Assembly: GCA_947168325.1 (NCBI GenBank)
Contig: CAMVLN010000001.1
Coordinates: 1-49,520 of the forward strand
DNA from: an uncultured Elusimicrobia bacterium
Lineage (GTDB): Bacteria; Elusimicrobiota; Endomicrobiia; Endomicrobiales; Endomicrobiaceae
Reading direction: 5' to 3'
DNA: 49,520 nt
Position numbers and translations under genes: made by a program. The notes below the pieces were generated by a model. That model saw only the letters and a list, made by a program, of their open reading frames with translations. It made no database searches and was not told the DNA's origin. Within the stretch, counting starts at the first letter, position 1; the number at the start of each line of letters is the position of its first letter. Shown here in pieces: positions 1 to 8,984 of the stretch.

Positions 1-1
1 A

Positions 2-3000
2 GAAATAAAAAAAGCAGAAGAAACAAAAGAAGTAAAAGATGAAGGAAGGATACAAGAACAAGAAAAAAAGATAACAGAGGAACAAAAGAAAATAGATGAA
101 GAGAAAACGAAAATAGAACAGTTAGAAAAGAGAATAGAGGAACGAAGTATAGAAGACAAAAAAAGAATAGAAAAGATAAAAACAGAACAAGCTAAAATAG
201 ATGAAGCACAAGCTAAAATAGATGAAGCACAAGCATTAATAAATGAAGCAAAAGAAATAAAAGAAACAGAAGAAAAAAAAGAAGTAAAAGAAAAAGATGA
301 AAAAAAGATAACAGAGCAAGATGAAAAGATAAAAAAAGCACAAGAGATTATTGATAAGTCAATAAAAATACAAGAAGAGGCAAAAAAGATAATAAACAAA
401 ATAAATAGTGAAGCACAAGCAGAAAAATTAGCAGGAACATTTACAGTTAAAGATTTGAGTGATGAAAAATTAGTAAGTCAGTTAATGGAAGCAGTAGATA
501 AAGATATTATAACAATAAATAAAGAAACAACAAGAAAAACAATAATCAAAGCTATCAAACATTTAACATTACAACAGATAGAAAAAGATTTTAAACTTGG
601 TGCAAATAATTTTGTAGCTAAATATGGTGATTTATTAAAAATGGCAGAATTGAATGTAGAAGTTATAAAACAAAATATAGAAAATGTAGAAGATTTGTTT
701 TTAAAATCAGAAGTGGTAAAGAAGTTTACCGAACAAGGAATAGATTTAGATTTGCAGCAATGGAGTATGGAAGATTTATCAAGTGAAACATTTAAAAAAG
801 ATATTTTCTTTAGTGGTAAAACAGTTCAAAAAATGATAAGAGAAAAATATGAAGATATGAGCTATTCAGATTTATTAGCAAAAGTAAAAACTGAAGAAAA
901 TATTAAATTAATGGGATTTGATCAATTATATAAAAATAAAGACAAATTAGAAAAAGAATTAAAGAATAAACAAATAAAAGATGAAGAAATAAAAAATATA
1001 ATAAATAACATTAAAGTTGAAAAATTAAATGATAGCAAGTATATAACGGCAATAGTAGAGTTATTGAGAAAAGATATTATAACAACAAGTGATTTAAAAG
1101 ATAATAAAGTAGAAGAAGTAATAAAAAATAAGAAGTATATCGAACTTGTAAGTATATTAGGGAAAGAAGATGAGGTAGATAAGATATTAAAAGCAATTGG
1201 AATGATGGATGCGGTAAATAATAAAAGAGTATTGAAAGAAATATCAAGTAAGAAGATACACAGTATAGTTATAATGAATATGACAATACAAGAGTTAATT
1301 GAGTCTAAACAATTAGATAGTGAAGCAAGAAAGGAAGCAGAGAAAGCAGAGAAAGATAAGGAAAAAAATATAAATAAAAAAGGTAAGACATTCAAAGAAC
1401 AATTGGAAAGTAAAACAGAAAGACTGCTAAAAGAAGGTTTGCAAGATAAATATATAAGTGAAAAAGAAAAAGAAATAATAAGAGCAGCAATATTAGAAAA
1501 GGCAATAGAAGAAGGAGTAAAAGATAAAACACAAACATTAGATCCTATAAAACAATGTGCAGTGATAGCAGGAATATTTGCAAAAAAATCATCTAGAGCA
1601 ATAGAAATATCAGATAAAGATGCTTTTGTAAATAATACAGTAGCAGGATTAGAAAATATAGAAACAAAGTTAAAAGATTTAATGATGGCAACAGGAACAG
1701 AAACTGCACTAGTAACAAATAATAATGCAATAAAAAAAGGTATGATGTTAGTTTTAGAAGATGGTAAAGGTAATACTCATGTAATAACAGTAATGGATGT
1801 AAAAGATAATAATGTTATATATGTAGCGAATGTAAAAGGGAAAAAAGATGTAATAAAAACAACAATAGCAATAGAGGATTTGAAAAAAGGAGTAATAGTA
1901 TCGGAAGATGGCAAATTAGTGGTAACACAAGAAGAAAATAAACTTAAGTGGGAAGGTTTAGTATTAGCAACATATAAATTGATAAATAATACAGAAGGAA
2001 TAACAACTGTAAAAAATGTTCAGGATATGTTTAAAATTAACGAAAATTTAGCAGAAAAAATAGGTGTTGAAGGAATGAAGATAGTTGCAGCGGTAATGAG
2101 TGGAATAACAGAGCCAAAAACAGATGCAATGGAAGTAAAAGCAATAGCAAAAATGTTAGGAGTGGAAGTATCTCAATTAACAGCAAGTGATATTGCAACA
2201 AAAGTATTTGGGAATGATAATATAGGTACAATGAATGATAAAGATATAATAGATATGATATTAACAAGAATGGGAGATTTAAGTAAAGAAGGCAATAGTG
2301 CAGATGTGAAGGCTATAGAGTTAACAGCTGTAGCAGGTGGCTTGTTATTAGCAATGAAATCGCAAAATGTAGAATATGTACAAGAATTAAACCAAACAGA
2401 GATGAACAAAAATAAAGAAAAGATTAGAAAATTATTGAAAGATGTATATGGAAATAATAAAGATGGATATACTGAAAAAGGTTTTGATTTTATAAGCAAT
2501 TTATTGAATTTACAAGAAGCACTAACTGTAAAAAATATGTTTAAAATTGAAGAAAATACAGAAAAAAAACTAGGGGTTGCAGGAATAAATACGGTTACAG
2601 CAGTAATAAATGGAATAACAGAGCCAAAAACAGATGCAATGGAAGTAAAAGCAATAGCAAAAATGTTAGGAGTGGAAGTATCTCAATTAACAGCAAGTGA
2701 TATTGCAACAAAAGTATTTGGGAATGATAATATAGGTACAATGAGTGATAAAGATATAATAGATATGATATTAACAAGAATGGGATATTTAAGTAAAGAA
2801 GGCAATAGTAATAATAGTGCAAATGTGAAGTTAGCTATAGAGTTAACAGCTGTAGCAGGTGGCTTGTTGCTAGCAATGAAAAAACAAGGTGTAGATAAGG
2901 TTATAGATTTAGACCAAACAACAATAAATTCAAACCAAGTAACAATAAGCAAAATGTTGAAAGAAGAGTATCAAAATAATTATATGAATAAAAATGACAA

Positions 3001-3196
3001 AGATTTTATAATCAATTTATCACAATTACAAAAAGCAGTAACAGAGAAAACGACATACACAGCACAAGAGAGAAAAGATATATTGGATGCTTTGGCAAAC
3101 GGAAACAGCAGAGGACAACTGATAAACAAAGATGCAGAGAAAGTAAAAGATATATTCAATATGCAATATATCCGTGAAAAATTAAAGTCAGCTTAG
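2..3196 (+). CDS. Very large Lys/Glu-rich repeat protein, 5'-truncated by the window edge (1064 codons in window)
   Basis: Frame 2 is open from nt 2 to the TAG at 3194-3196. The ORF-track start at 455 is only the first TTG in an already open frame. Nt 2-454 translate to EIKKAEETKEVKDEG...AQAKIDEAQAKIDEAQ (charged, coiled-coil-like). The C-terminal third is a tandem ~170-aa duplication. No signal peptide or TM segment in the visible part. Confidence 0.75.
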   Translation, partial: EIKKAEETKEVKDEGRIQEQEKKITEEQKKIDEEKTKIEQLEKRIEERSIEDKKRIEKIKTEQAKIDEAQAKIDEAQALINEAKEIKETEEKKEVKEKDEKKITEQDEKIKKAQEIIDKSIKIQEEAKKIINKINSEAQAEKLAGTFTVKDLSDEKLVSQLMEAVDKDIITINKETTRKTIIKAIKHLTLQQIEKDFKLGANNFVAKYGDLLKMAELNVEVIKQNIENVEDLFLKSEVVKKFTEQGIDLDLQQWSMEDLSSETFKKDIFFSGKTVQKMIREKYEDMSYSDLLAKVKTEENIKLMGFDQLYKNKDKLEKELKNKQIKDEEIKNIINNIKVEKLNDSKYITAIVELLRKDIITTSDLKDNKVEEVIKNKKYIELVSILGKEDEVDKILKAIGMMDAVNNKRVLKEISSKKIHSIVIMNMTIQELIESKQLDSEARKEAEKAEKDKEKNINKKGKTFKEQLESKTERLLKEGLQDKYISEKEKEIIRAAILEKAIEEGVKDKTQTLDPIKQCAVIAGIFAKKSSRAIEISDKDAFVNNTVAGLENIETKLKDLMMATGTETALVTNNNAIKKGMMLVLEDGKGNTHVITVMDVKDNNVIYVANVKGKKDVIKTTIAIEDLKKGVIVSEDGKLVVTQEENKLKWEGLVLATYKLINNTEGITTVKNVQDMFKINENLAEKIGVEGMKIVAAVMSGITEPKTDAMEVKAIAKMLGVEVSQLTASDIATKVFGNDNIGTMNDKDIIDMILTRMGDLSKEGNSADVKAIELTAVAGGLLLAMKSQNVEYVQELNQTEMNKNKEKIRKLLKDVYGNNKDGYTEKGFDFISNLLNLQEALTVKNMFKIEENTEKKLGVAGINTVTAVINGITEPKTDAMEVKAIAKMLGVEVSQLTASDIATKVFGNDNIGTMSDKDIIDMILTRMGYLSKEGNSNNSANVKLAIELTAVAGGLLLAMKKQGVDKVIDLDQTTINSNQVTISKMLKEEYQNNYMNKNDKDFIINLSQLQKAVTEKTTYTAQERKDILDALANGNSRGQLINKDAEKVKDIFNMQYIREKLKSA
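2027..3046 (+). repeat. Tandem in-frame duplication, period 510 bp, inside the large protein gene
   Basis: Unit 1 starts with ATG TTT AAA ATT at 2027 and unit 2 with the same codons at 2537. The core (about 2095-2355 vs 2605-2880) is nearly identical at nucleotide level, with a few substitutions and 9-nt and 3-nt insertions in unit 2. The unit heads and tails are much more diverged. Confidence 0.9.
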
Positions 3197-3263
3197 TTTT
3201 GTGGTTGTGCTGAATATAAATTAGTTCAAAACAATAGAATAAATTTATTTTAAAAAATTCTTT

Positions 3264-3298
3264 AATTTGATGTAATGTTTTAAGCATTACATCAAATT
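3264..3298. terminator. Hairpin between convergent genes, probable nrdDG terminator
   Basis: Perfect 14-bp stem aatttgatgtaatg / cattacatcaaatt with loop ttttaag. On the minus strand it is followed by a T-run. It overlaps the nrdG stop codon. Confidence 0.65.
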
Positions 3299-3890
3299 AT
3301 TGTAAAGTTATTGGATTACATTTTTGTACTTTATAATGATTGCTGATATTAAGAAAATCAGCCATTGTTTGTATATCTTTATCAAACAATTTTGTTTTGT
3401 CAAAAGTTGTTCTAAATAAAAATTCTATACCTGATTTTTTTATTAAATTTATACTTTGTTTTATTGAAAATATATCAACTGCAACACAACATACTAAGTT
3501 GTATTTATCAAAGGGAGCTTTTATATCCATGGCGATAAAATCTACTAACTTTTGATTTAGAAGCTGTTCCAATACTCTAGGATTTGACCCATTTGTATCA
3601 AGTTTTACTAGAAAATTCATTTGTTTAATTTGTTTTATAAACTCAATTAAATCTGGTTGCAATGTAGGTTCCCCGCCGGTTATAACAACAGCATCCAATT
3701 GATTTTTTCTATTTTCAAGAAAAGTAAAAACTTGCTGTTCTAATATTGGACTTTTATATATATTAGGATAAACAAGTTCAGGATTATGGCAATAACTACA
3801 CTTGAAATTGCAACCTTGTGTAAAAATAATTGCTGCCATTTTATTTGGATAATCTATAAACGAAAATTTTTGTAATCCACCTATTCTCAT
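3297..3890 (-). CDS. nrdG: Anaerobic ribonucleoside-triphosphate reductase activating protein (radical SAM)
   Basis: CNFKCSYCHNP radical-SAM CxxxCxxC motif and GGEPTL motif, immediately downstream of nrdD. Start moved to the ATG at 3890 (MRIGG...), which has GGAG 7 nt upstream. The track start at 3905 is a GTG with no SD. Confidence 0.9.
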   Translation of the reverse strand: MRIGGLQKFSFIDYPNKMAAIIFTQGCNFKCSYCHNPELVYPNIYKSPILEQQVFTFLENRKNQLDAVVITGGEPTLQPDLIEFIKQIKQMNFLVKLDTNGSNPRVLEQLLNQKLVDFIAMDIKAPFDKYNLVCCVAVDIFSIKQSINLIKKSGIEFLFRTTFDKTKLFDKDIQTMADFLNISNHYKVQKCNPITLQ

Positions 3891-3906
3891 TAAAACACTC
3901 CGCACT

Positions 3907-6012
3907 TTACATACTTGCTACCTTTCTTATTTTAAATTCTTCTTGTTTACCGTCATTCCACTGAGAAACAGGTCTTAAGTAGCCAACAACTCTTGAGTAT
4001 ACTTCACATGTTGAGTTGCATGTAGGGCAAGTTTTTACTTCACCATTCAAATAACCATCATTAGGACAAACACTAAATGTAGGAGTTATAGACATATAAG
4101 GAAGTTTATAATTTGTAAATGCTTTTTTTATAAAATTTTTCATAGATTCAGTATCCGTAATTTGTTCACCTATAAACATATGTTGAACTGTTCCACCGGT
4201 ATATAAAGATTGTATTTCATGCTGTAGCTCTAATATTTCAAATAAATCATCTGTATAATTTACAGGTAATTGTGTTGAATTTGTATAAAATGGAGGATGA
4301 TTTTGTTTAACTGCATCCATATTTGCAAATATAATATCAGAATATTTTTCCCTATCTATTTTTGCAAGTCTGTAAGAAGTTCCTTCTGCAGGAGTTGCTT
4401 CTAAATTATAAATATTTCCTGTTTCTTCCTGATATTTTTGCAATGTAGTTCTCATGTAGGTTAAAACTTTTATTGCAAAATCTTTGCCTTTTTGACTTGC
4501 AATGTTTTCTTTTAAAAAATTCATACAACATTCATTCATTCCTACAACCCCTATGGTTGAAAAATGATTTTTCCAATAACAACCAAATCTCTGTTTAATG
4601 CTTCTTAAATAAAAGTTCATATATGGATAGAGATTTTGTTCTGTAAGCCTTTCCAAAACTTTTCTTTTTGTTTCCAAACTGTTTTTAGCTATAGTCATCA
4701 ACCTATCAAGTTTACAAAAAAAATCTTCTTCATTTTTTGATTCATATCCTAGCCGTGGCATATTTAAGGTAACAACACCTATTGATCCAGTTAATGGCGA
4801 TGCCCCAAAAAGTCCGCCACCTCTTCTTCTAAGCTCTCTGTTATCTATCCTTAACCTGCAACACATACTTCTTGCATCATCTGGATCCATATCTGAATTA
4901 ATAAAATTTGCAAAGTAAGGTATACCATATTTTGCAGTTGCTGCCCACAATAAATTAAGTTCAGGATTATCCCAGTTGAAATCTTTACTTATATTGTAGG
5001 TAGGAATAGGAAAACTGAATACTCTTCCTTTTGCATCGCCTTCAAGCATTACTTCTAAAAATGCTTTATTTAACATATCCATTTCTTTTTGAAACTCACC
5101 ATATGTTCTATTTTGAGGTTTTCCACCGATAATTACAGCCTCGTCTTTATAATGTTTAGGAACTTTTAAATCAAATGTTAAATTTGTAAAAGGAGATTGA
5201 AACCCAACCCTTGTAGGAACATTCAAGTTAAATAAAAATTCTTGTAATGCCTGTTTTACTTCTTTATAAGATAAATTGTCATAAGCAATAAACGGTGCAA
5301 GTAAAGTATCAAAACTTGAAAAAGCTTGTGCACCTGCAGACTCTCCTTGAAGAGTAAAAAAGAAATTAACTATTTGCCCTAATGCACTTTTAAAATGTTT
5401 TGCAGGATAAGATTCTATTTTTCCTGCAACACCTTTAAAACCAGTTACAAGCAAATCATGCAAATCCCAACCTACACAATATACACCAAGAATCCCCAAA
5501 TCATGTATATGTAAATCGCCTTCAGTGTGAGCTTTCTTAATATCGTCAGTGTAAATTTTGTTTAACCAATATACTTTACTTACTTCAGAAGATATATAAT
5601 TGTTTAATCCCTGTAAAGAATACGACATATTACTATTTTCTTTTACTTGCCAATCTGCTTTAGATAAATAATTATCAACTAAATCAACATTAAACTTTGA
5701 AATAACCTCTCTCATTTTTGAGTGTTGGTCTCTATATATAATAAATGCTTTTGCAGAAGCTTTATAAGGAGAATTTAATAATACTTCTTCAACTATATCT
5801 TGTATTTGTTCTACAGTAGGTTTTCCATTGCTTATTGTTTCTTGTGCAATACTTAAAACTTTTACAGCTAAATTTAAAGAAATCTGTTCACCAAATTCTC
5901 CAGTTGCTGTTCCTGCTTTTAAAATTGCTTGTTGAATTTTTTTTGAATTGAATTTTTCCTGTTTACCGTCTCTTTTTACAATACAATCAAAAACCGAAAG
6001 TATTTTATCCAT
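3907..6012 (-). CDS. nrdD: Anaerobic ribonucleoside-triphosphate reductase (class III RNR)
   Basis: N-terminal ATP-cone (VKRDGKQEKFNSKKIQQAI). C-terminal Zn-ribbon CPNDG...CPTCNSTC followed by the glycyl-radical motif SRVVGYLRP. Start placed at the second ATG (MDKIL, 6012), which has GGGAGA 8 nt upstream. The track start at 6027 remains possible. Confidence 0.95.
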   Translation of the reverse strand: MDKILSVFDCIVKRDGKQEKFNSKKIQQAILKAGTATGEFGEQISLNLAVKVLSIAQETISNGKPTVEQIQDIVEEVLLNSPYKASAKAFIIYRDQHSKMREVISKFNVDLVDNYLSKADWQVKENSNMSYSLQGLNNYISSEVSKVYWLNKIYTDDIKKAHTEGDLHIHDLGILGVYCVGWDLHDLLVTGFKGVAGKIESYPAKHFKSALGQIVNFFFTLQGESAGAQAFSSFDTLLAPFIAYDNLSYKEVKQALQEFLFNLNVPTRVGFQSPFTNLTFDLKVPKHYKDEAVIIGGKPQNRTYGEFQKEMDMLNKAFLEVMLEGDAKGRVFSFPIPTYNISKDFNWDNPELNLLWAATAKYGIPYFANFINSDMDPDDARSMCCRLRIDNRELRRRGGGLFGASPLTGSIGVVTLNMPRLGYESKNEEDFFCKLDRLMTIAKNSLETKRKVLERLTEQNLYPYMNFYLRSIKQRFGCYWKNHFSTIGVVGMNECCMNFLKENIASQKGKDFAIKVLTYMRTTLQKYQEETGNIYNLEATPAEGTSYRLAKIDREKYSDIIFANMDAVKQNHPPFYTNSTQLPVNYTDDLFEILELQHEIQSLYTGGTVQHMFIGEQITDTESMKNFIKKAFTNYKLPYMSITPTFSVCPNDGYLNGEVKTCPTCNSTCEVYSRVVGYLRPVSQWNDGKQEEFKIRKVASM

Positions 6013-6137
6013 TTGCTTTTCTCCCATATATTAAAATTTTTTATTTTTATGTAAATATGGAAATGCACCCTGGTTTTCTTGTTTCCATTAGAAATATGAA
6101 AAGTTATTCCTCGACAACTTTCATAAATAGTATTTGT

Positions 6138-6308
6138 TTATTGGCAGGTATTCTGGCTTAAGGATAATAACCTACTAAACTTTATCTTCCCGCTTATAAA
6201 AAGCAGTGATTTTTTTAAATTAAAAGCTTTTCGTTTCCTATTACAGCACCGGGAGTGCTTTAGATTTCAACTAAATTCCCTATTAAGTTTTATTGAGAAC
6301 ACCAATAA
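6138..6308 (-). promoter_or_regulatory. Cobalamin (B12) riboswitch aptamer in the nrdD leader
   Basis: Read on the minus strand: P1 TTATTGG (6308-6302) pairs with CCAATAA (6144-6138). Also present: AATAGGGAA; hairpin TTAG-TTGAAAT-CTAA; GCACTCCCGGTGCTGTAA; CACTG...GCGGGAAG; and the B12 box AGCCAGAATACCTGCC (6158-6143). The order and spacing match the cobalamin riboswitch consensus. Confidence 0.8.
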
Positions 6309-6330
6309 AAGATATTAAAATTACATACTG

Positions 6331-6359
6331 ATTATATGTTTTAATTTATTGTTTGTCAA
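6331..6359 (-). promoter_or_regulatory. Sigma-70 type promoter for the nrdDG leader
   Basis: On the minus strand: TTGACA (6359-6354), a 17-nt spacer, then TATAAT (6336-6331). Both hexamers are perfect consensus. It lies just upstream of the riboswitch P1. Confidence 0.7.
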
Positions 6360-6367
6360 TATATTAA

Positions 6368-6413
6368 ACACAATATATTGTTTTTATATATATTTTTAAC
6401 CTATATATTGTGA
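6368..6413 (-). promoter_or_regulatory. Two tandem NrdR boxes
   Basis: Box 1 is ACACAATATATTGTTT at 6368-6383 and box 2 is AACCTATATATTGTGA at 6398-6413. Both fit the 16-bp palindromic consensus acaCwAtATaTwGtgt. Starts are 30 bp apart (about three helical turns), immediately upstream of the -35. Confidence 0.7.
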
Positions 6414-6414
6414 T

Positions 6415-7842
6415 TTATACAGAGAATTTCTTAACATCATCAGTAGCTTGTTTTATTGGTTTTATTGTTTCACAACCACCTATACATCCACCCTTACATG
6501 CCATAACTTCTATTAGGTTAGAATTGCAGTGCCCGTTAGCATAAGCGGAAAGTTTTAAAACTGTTTTTTTATCTAAATCTGTAATAAGTTCATCTTTTAT
6601 AAACTTAGTATCTATTTTTAAGTAGTGTTTTAAAGCTTGAGCTACTCCACCTGTTATAGCAAACTCTCTTGCATATTTTGTTGGAAAGTCTTCTGATGGA
6701 GTTTTTTTGCATGAATCTATATCTATATTTTTTGTTTTTATTATTGCTTGTAATTCTTGAAAAGTCAAAACATAGTCTACTAAAGAATCTTCTTGTGCTT
6801 CCTTTCTTTTTGATAAGCAAGGACCTATAAACACAGTAATGCAGTTGGGATATTTTTGTTTTGCAATTTCTGCAGTATAGTGCATAGGAGTACAAGTGTC
6901 TGATACGAACGGTTTTAGTTTTTCAAGATGTTTTTTTACTAACCTTATATAAGCATGGCAACAAGATGTAGTCATAAATTGTTGTTTGTTTACTACTAAT
7001 TTGTTTTCAAATTCTTCAGCTTCTTTTTTTGCTGTAATATCTGCACCCAAAGCAACTTCAAAAACATGTTCAAAACCTATTTGTTTAAGAACTGTTACAA
7101 TTTTACCAACAGATGTCCCGAACTGCCCTGTTATTGAAGGAGCTATCAAAGCTACCAATTTTTTTGTATGCAAAAGTTTTAACACATCAAGAATTTGCCT
7201 TCTTACCATTATTGCTCCAAAAGGACATGCACTAATACATTTACCACAACTTATACATAAACTGTGATCAATATTTGCTCTTCCTTTACCATCTTTTTTT
7301 ATTGCATTTACAGGGCAAGCTTCTTCACAAGGAACAACTAGTTTTAAAATTGCATGGTAAGGGCAAGCTTCTTTACATTTACCACAGTTTTTACATTTAT
7401 TAGTGTCTATATGTGCTTTGTGATTTTCAAAATATATTGCATCAAAATTACAAGCATTTATACATTTTCTAGATAAACATTCTTTACATATTTCGCTTAC
7501 CATAAATCTACTTTTAACACATGCAGAACATGCAGATTCAAGTACAGTTAAAAGTTTATTGTTTGTCTTATATTTTTTTTCATTTTCAGGTTTAAGATAA
7601 TATGAAAGCGGCAATGCTTCATCAACATCGTTTATTGAATAGCCAAGAGATGAGAGTGTTCTTAATTTTAAAATTGCCCTTTCTTTGTATACACAGCAAC
7701 GAACTTCAACATCGCTACCTTTAGGTAAAATATTAAAAGGAATATGATCTATATCATCCAACTTATTCTCAAAAAACAATCTGCAAATTTCTTCCAAAAC
7801 TTTATTTTTAAAATATTCTGAATAATTTATTTCTTGTTTCAT
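6415..7842 (-). CDS. [FeFe]-hydrogenase-like protein (monomeric type) with ferredoxin-like 4Fe-4S domains
   Basis: Several CxxCxxCxxxCP clusters (CKNCGKCKEACP, CISCGKCISACP). H-cluster-like motifs are TSCCHAY, GPCLSKRKE and EVMACKGGCIGGC. Confidence 0.75.
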   Translation of the reverse strand: MKQEINYSEYFKNKVLEEICRLFFENKLDDIDHIPFNILPKGSDVEVRCCVYKERAILKLRTLSSLGYSINDVDEALPLSYYLKPENEKKYKTNNKLLTVLESACSACVKSRFMVSEICKECLSRKCINACNFDAIYFENHKAHIDTNKCKNCGKCKEACPYHAILKLVVPCEEACPVNAIKKDGKGRANIDHSLCISCGKCISACPFGAIMVRRQILDVLKLLHTKKLVALIAPSITGQFGTSVGKIVTVLKQIGFEHVFEVALGADITAKKEAEEFENKLVVNKQQFMTTSCCHAYIRLVKKHLEKLKPFVSDTCTPMHYTAEIAKQKYPNCITVFIGPCLSKRKEAQEDSLVDYVLTFQELQAIIKTKNIDIDSCKKTPSEDFPTKYAREFAITGGVAQALKHYLKIDTKFIKDELITDLDKKTVLKLSAYANGHCNSNLIEVMACKGGCIGGCETIKPIKQATDDVKKFSV

Positions 7843-7965
7843 AATCTATATATTCTACAAATTTTTGATGAAAAAAGAAAAGTAAACTTTCTCGTTTTTT
7901 AAATTTTGTAAACTGTTTTTTTATAACAACTATTACAAAAAACATACACAAAATTATATTTTTCA

Positions 7966-8544
7966 TTATTTTTTTACAATCATATTTTCTATTTTTAAAA
8001 CATTATCAGAACTTATGTTGTCTAGTAACCATCTATCCAAAATAGTTGCTTTTCCAAAAGGCATATGTCCGTAAAAAAAAGACATTTGGTTTAAAGCAGA
8101 TTTTTTATCTTCTTTATCAATACAAAGTTTCCATAATGTTGCTACAAGACCAGTTCTATCAGCACCTCCTAAACAATGTATCAAAACCGGTCTTGGAGTT
8201 GTTTTAAATATTTTAAGAAGATATTGTATATCTTCATTTCTTGGCTTTCTATCTATAGCTAAATCTAAATCATAATGAACGATATTATAAATAGAGCATA
8301 CTTTTAATTCGTCATCATACCATTTAACCCCTTTTTCTTTTCCACGAAGATTTATAATACTTTTAATATTATATTTTGTTATATAGAAGGCTAATAATTT
8401 TTTATCAAGCTGTCTTGAACGATATGCCTGATTTTGTGTTATTGTATGGAAATTTCCTTTTAACCAAATATTAGCAAAAAATAGTCCATATATGATTATT
8501 AATATCAAAAAGATAACGACTATATTCTTTATAAATTTTTTCAT
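7966..8544 (-). CDS. Membrane-anchored protein tyrosine / dual-specificity phosphatase family protein
   Basis: N-terminal hydrophobic anchor (IVVIFLILIIIYGLFFANIWL). CX5R active-site loop HCLGGADRTG. Confidence 0.75.
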   Translation of the reverse strand: MKKFIKNIVVIFLILIIIYGLFFANIWLKGNFHTITQNQAYRSRQLDKKLLAFYITKYNIKSIINLRGKEKGVKWYDDELKVCSIYNIVHYDLDLAIDRKPRNEDIQYLLKIFKTTPRPVLIHCLGGADRTGLVATLWKLCIDKEDKKSALNQMSFFYGHMPFGKATILDRWLLDNISSDNVLKIENMIVKK

Positions 8545-8561
8545 AGTTATTAATTTTTTAT

Positions 8562-8951
8562 TTATTTTTCATATTCCATAACTGTATTGATTAGTTGGCA
8601 AAAAGTATTTCCACCCTCTTCATAGGTTGAAAGAGTTCCTCTTACTGTAATTTTTGTATTTTCTTTAGGAAAATCTTTAGGATATGAATATTTTTTATCT
8701 GGAATAAAAGCCAATCCTTGCAAACAACAAGCTGTTTCATCTTGAATTATGCAAGCATGATATCGTTTATTCATATCTGAATCATAAAAACAGGAATATA
8801 TCCCTGAAAAAACAATTTCCTTACCAATATATTTTTTAAAATCTGATATTATATTGAATAAACTTGAATAAACCATAAGTTTTGACATTTTTGTTAAGTC
8901 TATAACATCAGATTCATTAAAATTTTGTTTACTATAGGATATAGTGAACAA
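8562..8951 (-). CDS. Hypothetical protein with conserved-looking CC motif, distal gene of the Zn ABC cluster
   Basis: Open frame downstream of znuC. YIGKEIVFSGIY...DETACCLQGLAFIP...ITVRGTL resembles small CC-motif proteins often seen beside metal ABC transporters in anaerobes. The track start is a TTG; an ATG alternative is at 8888 (MSKLMVY). No signal peptide. Confidence 0.45.
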   Translation of the reverse strand: MFTISYSKQNFNESDVIDLTKMSKLMVYSSLFNIISDFKKYIGKEIVFSGIYSCFYDSDMNKRYHACIIQDETACCLQGLAFIPDKKYSYPKDFPKENTKITVRGTLSTYEEGGNTFCQLINTVMEYEK

Positions 8952-8984
8952 AACAAAAATAAATAAAGAAATTTATCAAATATC

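Noticed and set aside
922-2952. Antisense ORFs inside the large repeat gene (922-1395, 2037-2267, 2173-2499, 2595-2822, 2683-2952)
   Set aside because: They translate to low-complexity Leu/Phe/Ser-rich strings that mirror the Lys/Glu codons of the sense frame. Two pairs are merely the two copies of the tandem repeat read backwards. No SDs.
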